Notes under the pieces: model-generated
Seen by the model: only the letters and a program-made list of their open reading frames with translations
Told to the model about the DNA's origin: nothing
The model's database searches: none
Translations under genes and position numbers: made by a program
Sequence record: MK524176.1
Strand: one strand, 5' to 3'
DNA length: 64,000 nt
From: Escherichia phage PHB11
In this document: piece after piece, positions 59,496 to 64,000 of the stretch
Position numbering within the stretch: the stretch's first letter is position 1
Layout of the letters: each line of letters begins with the position of its first letter

Positions 59496-61730
59496 ATGAT
59501 TAAGACAATTAAAAAATCAAACGGTACAGTAGTAAGCTTTGACCCAGAAAGACTGAATAAGTGGGCATCATGGGCAGATAAGCGTGGAATTATCTGGTCA
59601 GAAGTCACTATGGAAGCCATGAAACGTGTCTATGAGGGTTGCACTACAAAAGAGATGCACCAAGCCATGATTGATGTTTGTGTTGATAAGCAAACTCAAG
59701 AGTACTCAGACATGGCTGGACGGCTACTTCTGGGAATTATCTACAAAGAAGCCTTTGGAGGCTTTACTAAGGTTCCTACGCTGGTTACCTTCGTTAAAAA
59801 TATGGAGAGAGCAGGACTTTGGGAGAAGATGGACTATTCTCAGGAAGAGCTTGAATATCTGCAAGGGTACATTGTGCACTCAAAAGATATCTCTTATGGT
59901 TATGCAGTCCTGAAACAGTTCAGAGACAAGTATGGTATTCGTGATATCAAAACGGGAAGACTTTTTGAGTCACCACAATTTATGTTTATGGGTATGGCTA
60001 TGAAAGCCTTTGAGAAGCAACCAAAGCACCGTAGACTGCAAGATGTTATCAAGCTGTACACTTACCTATCTGACCTGAAGATTAATGCTCCTACACCTTA
60101 TCTGAATGGTTTAAGAGCTACTAAATCGGGTTATGCGTCATGCTGTTTGATTAAGGCGAATGATACCGCTGAATCACTCGGTATTGCTGCAAAGGTTGCT
60201 TATGATATGACTACAAAGCAAGCTGGTATCGGGATGCTGATGGAGACTCGTACTATTGGTGATGGTATCCGTCAAAATACTATTGAGCACATGGGTAAAC
60301 TACCTTATTACAAGCTTGTACGTTCATCTGTAGAGGCAAACAAACAGAAGAGTCGTGGTGGTTCAGCTAACAACTTCTACACTGCTCTAGACCCACAGAT
60401 TGAAGATTTACTGCGTTTGAAGCACCCTACAACGGTTCCTTCGAAACGTATTAACGAGATGGACTACTCATTCGGCACAAATGATTATTTCTGGCAGTGT
60501 GTTCAATATGATACAGACTGGTTGCTTTTCTCTTACAAGGATGCACCAAAGCTCTATGACATGTTCTACACAGCATCTGCTGATGAGTTTGCTATGGCAG
60601 TTGGTCACGCAGTACATTCAGGTGTTAAGCACAGACGGGTGAAGGCTCGTGAAATTGCTAAACTGTTTATCCAGCAGCGTTATGCAACAGGCCGTGTGTA
60701 CCCATTCTTCACGAATAATGCAAACACACATACACCATTTAAAGAGCCTTTGAAGATGTCAAACCTTTGTATGGAAATTGTGTTGCCAGTGTACGGCTTT
60801 GAGAAAGAGACAGACCTTTACAGAGATGATGCTGTGAAAGAGGATGGTGAGGTAGCTCTTTGCTTCCTAGCTAGTTTGGTTGCAGGGAGAATTTCGGAAG
60901 ATGAATACGCTGACGTTGCTTATTATGCTCTTGCAATGGTTGACTCCGTTATTGACCTTATGGATTATCCGTATCCGTCGATGCGCAACCATGTTCAGAA
61001 GCGTCGTTCTGTTGGTATTGGCCTTACAAATGTGGCTCATTACCTTGCAAAAAATTACGTGAACTACTCTTCAAGAGCAGGTAAGACAAAGCTTCATGAG
61101 CTTGCTGAAATGCACTCTTACTACTTACACGAAGCTTCTTTAAGACTTGCTAAAGAACGTGGTGTACCTGAGTATATGCAGTTCACTAAGTATCCTGAAG
61201 GTTGGGTTCCTCCGAAGACAGCTAACAGGAAGATTGATGAGAAGCATGATGCAAAACTTCGTTATGATTGGGATGACTTAGCACAACGTATTAAAGAAAA
61301 TGGTGGAATCCGTAACTCTGTATTAGAAGCTTACATGCCTAATGAGAGTTCTTCACTGGCAACTAATACGACAAATGGCTTGTATCCAATTCGTGACTTT
61401 ATTTTAACTAAAAAGTCTGCAACTGGTAACGTACTGTTTATTGTTCCAGATTACGAAGAGTTGAAGTATGTCTATGAAATTGCTTGGGATATTGACACCT
61501 TTGACCTGATTGATTGTTATGCAATTGTTCAAAAGTTCACTGGTCAAGCTATTTCTTCAGATTTCTATGTTGACTACGCAAAAGCTAAGAAGGTATCATT
61601 GGCTCAAGCTTTGAAGTACATGATTTATGCCAACTCAGTAGGTATGAAAACCATGTACTACCTTAACAGTCGCATCGGTGTAGGTAAATCTGCACTACAA
61701 GATGCTTATTGCGAGGGTTGTGGTGTTTAG
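59496..61730 (+). CDS. nrdA: Ribonucleotide reductase large subunit (class I, with N-terminal ATP-cone)
   Basis: 744 aa; ATP-cone-like N-terminus (IKTIKKSNGTVVSFDPERLNKWASWA); C-terminal CEGCGV tail; followed by a small-subunit-sized gene. Confidence 0.8.
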   Translation: MIKTIKKSNGTVVSFDPERLNKWASWADKRGIIWSEVTMEAMKRVYEGCTTKEMHQAMIDVCVDKQTQEYSDMAGRLLLGIIYKEAFGGFTKVPTLVTFVKNMERAGLWEKMDYSQEELEYLQGYIVHSKDISYGYAVLKQFRDKYGIRDIKTGRLFESPQFMFMGMAMKAFEKQPKHRRLQDVIKLYTYLSDLKINAPTPYLNGLRATKSGYASCCLIKANDTAESLGIAAKVAYDMTTKQAGIGMLMETRTIGDGIRQNTIEHMGKLPYYKLVRSSVEANKQKSRGGSANNFYTALDPQIEDLLRLKHPTTVPSKRINEMDYSFGTNDYFWQCVQYDTDWLLFSYKDAPKLYDMFYTASADEFAMAVGHAVHSGVKHRRVKAREIAKLFIQQRYATGRVYPFFTNNANTHTPFKEPLKMSNLCMEIVLPVYGFEKETDLYRDDAVKEDGEVALCFLASLVAGRISEDEYADVAYYALAMVDSVIDLMDYPYPSMRNHVQKRRSVGIGLTNVAHYLAKNYVNYSSRAGKTKLHELAEMHSYYLHEASLRLAKERGVPEYMQFTKYPEGWVPPKTANRKIDEKHDAKLRYDWDDLAQRIKENGGIRNSVLEAYMPNESSSLATNTTNGLYPIRDFILTKKSATGNVLFIVPDYEELKYVYEIAWDIDTFDLIDCYAIVQKFTGQAISSDFYVDYAKAKKVSLAQALKYMIYANSVGMKTMYYLNSRIGVGKSALQDAYCEGCGV

Positions 61731-61785
61731 TTTTAATAACTATGAGGGTCGTAAAAGACCCTCTAAAATTAACTTTGGAGAAACT

Positions 61786-62043
61786 ATGAAAGACCTAATA
61801 GAAAAACATGAGAGACCAATATACTTGTTCTACAAACCCCGCAAAACATTATACTACGTGAGCAGCACAGGCATCATGATAAAGCAGAATGATGACTTAT
61901 GGGTAACTGGAGCCTCTTACATCTCTACAGCAGATGGTAAAATCTACGCAAGACCTTACGAGATGTTCAATGAAGAAAATTGGGAAGTTTTAGACAGAAA
62001 ACAAGCCTTAGAGATGATAAAGAAAGGAGAAATCACACTATGA
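61786..62043 (+). CDS. Hypothetical small protein between nrdA and nrdB
   Basis: ATG 61786 with GGAG RBS; stop overlaps the nrdB start (ATGA). Confidence 0.45.
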   Translation: MKDLIEKHERPIYLFYKPRKTLYYVSSTGIMIKQNDDLWVTGASYISTADGKIYARPYEMFNEENWEVLDRKQALEMIKKGEITL

Positions 62044-63113
62044 TTAACCAACACCCAATCTTTTTAGGTGGTGAAAGAAAAACATTTGACTCCCTTAATA
62101 AACACTACCCAAAAATCTTTGAGCTATACAAACAACAAAAAGCGCAAGACTGGTCAGAAGATGAGTTCCCTTTTGAACAATCACGTCTTGATTTTGAGAG
62201 TGTGCCAGCATCAATGTCAGGTGTAATGCTTGAGATTCTTAAGTGGCAGTGGGAAGCAGATACCCAAGTTGCTAAGAGTTTAGCGTTTGCCTTTGCACCA
62301 TTTATCTCTGATGACATTTATGCAACTGCAATTATGAAGCAGTCTGAGATTGAAAACCTACATGCTCTCACTTACTCGGAGATTGTAAGGCAATGTATTA
62401 AAAACCCTGAAACAATCTTAGATGAGATTAACCAGAATATTGCTGTGCAAGACCGATTAAAAACTGTGAATCGTGTTCTTGAAGAATTGCTGGACGAAGG
62501 TATAAACTATCGGCTGAGTTATGTCCGTGACTCACTTCTGGACAAAGACCCTTTACACTTCCATAAAGTGATTTTAAAAGGTCTATTTGCAGTGACTGCA
62601 CTTGAAGGTATATCTTTTATGGCATCCTTTGCGTGTACTTTTGCACTTGATGCTCAAGATAAATTTCAAGGTATTGCTCAAGCTGTCCAGAAGATTATGC
62701 TTGATGAAATCCTTCACACTAAAATTGATATTGAAGTTTTAAAAGAAACTTTAAGAGATGATGAGTGGCAAAAAGCTTTCCAACAAATTCTTCCAGAGAT
62801 TAAAGTAATCTTAGATGAAGTAGTTGAAAGTGAAGAGAAATGGTCGTATTATATCTTCTCCGAAGGACGTGCTGTAGTTGGGTTAAATACAAAGCTTCTT
62901 CATGAGTGGGTTTACTATAATGCTGCCCCACTGTATGATATGTTTGGCATTCCCAGAGATTTTGTAGCTCCTAAAGAACCACCTTTGAAGTATATGATTA
63001 AGAAGATGGAAATTGATAAAGAGCAGAATGCTAATCAGGAGCAACAGAACGGTGCGTATTTATTGAATACTGTTGTAGATGATTTGAATAGTGGATTTTT
63101 AGAGGTTCCTTAA
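62040..63113 (+). CDS. nrdB: Ribonucleotide reductase small subunit
   Basis: 357 aa from ATG 62040 (AAAGGAG RBS); position and size; helical protein with conserved E/H-rich segments. Confidence 0.7.
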   Translation: MINQHPIFLGGERKTFDSLNKHYPKIFELYKQQKAQDWSEDEFPFEQSRLDFESVPASMSGVMLEILKWQWEADTQVAKSLAFAFAPFISDDIYATAIMKQSEIENLHALTYSEIVRQCIKNPETILDEINQNIAVQDRLKTVNRVLEELLDEGINYRLSYVRDSLLDKDPLHFHKVILKGLFAVTALEGISFMASFACTFALDAQDKFQGIAQAVQKIMLDEILHTKIDIEVLKETLRDDEWQKAFQQILPEIKVILDEVVESEEKWSYYIFSEGRAVVGLNTKLLHEWVYYNAAPLYDMFGIPRDFVAPKEPPLKYMIKKMEIDKEQNANQEQQNGAYLLNTVVDDLNSGFLEVP

Positions 63114-63355
63114 TGACTTATGTAATTTACTCCAAAACTGGATGCCCTCAGTGTGAGACTGCAAAGAATTTTGCAAAAGCTCGTGGTATTGACCATGTTG
63201 TAAGAATGTTGGGGCAGGATTATGAACTGTCAGACCTGATTGATATTGCACAGATGCCAGTTCGTCAGATGCCATTCATCATGAAAACTGATGGTCAAAA
63301 TCTAAAACCTGTTGGAACGCTACAGAATTTCATGGCAGAGGTGAATAATGCTTAA
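63113..63355 (+). CDS. Glutaredoxin/NrdH-like redoxin
   Basis: 80 aa with N-terminal CPQC active-site motif, immediately after nrdB. Confidence 0.65.
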   Translation: MTYVIYSKTGCPQCETAKNFAKARGIDHVVRMLGQDYELSDLIDIAQMPVRQMPFIMKTDGQNLKPVGTLQNFMAEVNNA

Positions 63356-63554
63356 ACGCCTTTGGGAAGGCTTGGTTGTTGATGCACCAGCCATTGTGAT
63401 TGGTATGCTTGTTGTTAACCTATTTACTGATTTTGAACAAGGTTCATTGTTTGGAGCCATGTTACTATGGGTTATCTTTGAAATATTAGAGATACAGCTA
63501 GGCATTACTGAAAAACTAAGAAAACTTGTTTCGAAGTTTTCTAAAAAGATTTAA
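63348..63554 (+). CDS. Small membrane protein
   Basis: 68-aa hydrophobic ORF. Confidence 0.4.
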   Translation: MLKRLWEGLVVDAPAIVIGMLVVNLFTDFEQGSLFGAMLLWVIFEILEIQLGITEKLRKLVSKFSKKI

Positions 63555-63561
63555 AATGAAA

Positions 63562-63584
63562 AGGTCTCTTCGGAGACCTTTTTA
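63562..63584 (+). terminator. Rho-independent terminator
   Basis: AGGTCTC-TTCG-GAGACCT then TTTT. Confidence 0.7.
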
Positions 63585-63602
63585 GCATGTAAAGGGGCAA
63601 TA

Positions 63603-64000
63603 ATGAACAAAGTACAGATTATTAAAAAGAACGGCTCACTTGAAGAACCTGATATCAAAAAAGTTTTAGCAGCAGTAACTAAGTCAGCTAACAGAGTTGG
63701 GTATAAAGAACTCCCACCAGATGTTACCCAAGCTCTTGAGTCAGCATTTATGAGGATTCTGGTAAAGTCCACTAAGCAGAATAATTTGCTCATCTCGGTA
63801 AACGATATTCACAGTATTGTTGAAGGTGCTTTGGCAGAAGTCAATCACGAGATTTATGAGTCTTACTCAACATACAGAAATTACCGTAAAGAGGTTGCTC
63901 AAAATTGGGATGAGCTTTACCAAAAGACTAAAGACACACTCTTCTTAGGTGACCGTGAAAACGCTAACTTTGACAGTAGTTTAATTTCTACAAAAGGCTC
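63603..64000 (+). CDS. ATP-cone domain protein, partial (possibly anaerobic ribonucleotide reductase NrdD N-terminus)
   Basis: N-terminal VQIIKKNGSLEEPDIKKVLAAV ATP-cone-like; ORF runs off the window end. Confidence 0.45.
   Translation, partial: MNKVQIIKKNGSLEEPDIKKVLAAVTKSANRVGYKELPPDVTQALESAFMRILVKSTKQNNLLISVNDIHSIVEGALAEVNHEIYESYSTYRNYRKEVAQNWDELYQKTKDTLFLGDRENANFDSSLISTKG

Overview
This window looks like part of a virulent, low-GC myovirus genome; gene content (many tRNAs, family A polymerase, T7-type primase-helicase, Mu/P2-like contractile tail) suggests a Felix O1-like phage, which is an inference only. All coordinates, folds and motif calls were made by eye from the sequence and the supplied ORF track; no searches or folding programs were run. 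Layout: (1) 1-840 is ORF-free and carries a dense same-orientation array of TGTTAAG/TTGTTAG heptamers plus AT-rich decamer repeats, an origin-like architecture. (2) 842-8253 is a minus-strand cluster of small early-type genes including a GH24 endolysin and a protein with two tandem Ig-like domains. (3) 8254-16300 holds a vWA/MIDAS protein gene, sigma70-like promoters, about 26 tRNA genes (manual folds, +/-3 nt), an HNH endonuclease gene, and several structured non-tRNA elements. (4) 16325-40040 is the plus-strand morphogenesis module from terminase to tail fibers. (5) 40077-50433 is a minus-strand nucleotide-metabolism and replication cluster (thymidylate synthase, DHFR, ligase, HNH-AP2 endonuclease, DNA polymerase). 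(6) 50661-64000 is a plus-strand replication and nucleotide module (dNMP kinase, primase-helicase, SSB, flap endonuclease, class I RNR, NrdH-like redoxin). The strongest candidates for something undescribed are: a circularly permuted tRNA-like module inside a stem-bounded element (11367-11492), belonging to a four-member family with covarying stems and lying about 1 kb downstream of the vWA protein gene, which together resemble a Ro60/Y-RNA-like pairing; the iteron array at 1-735; and two mosaic repeat regions (43664-43925 and 45064-45350) flanking a two-gene cassette of unknown function.
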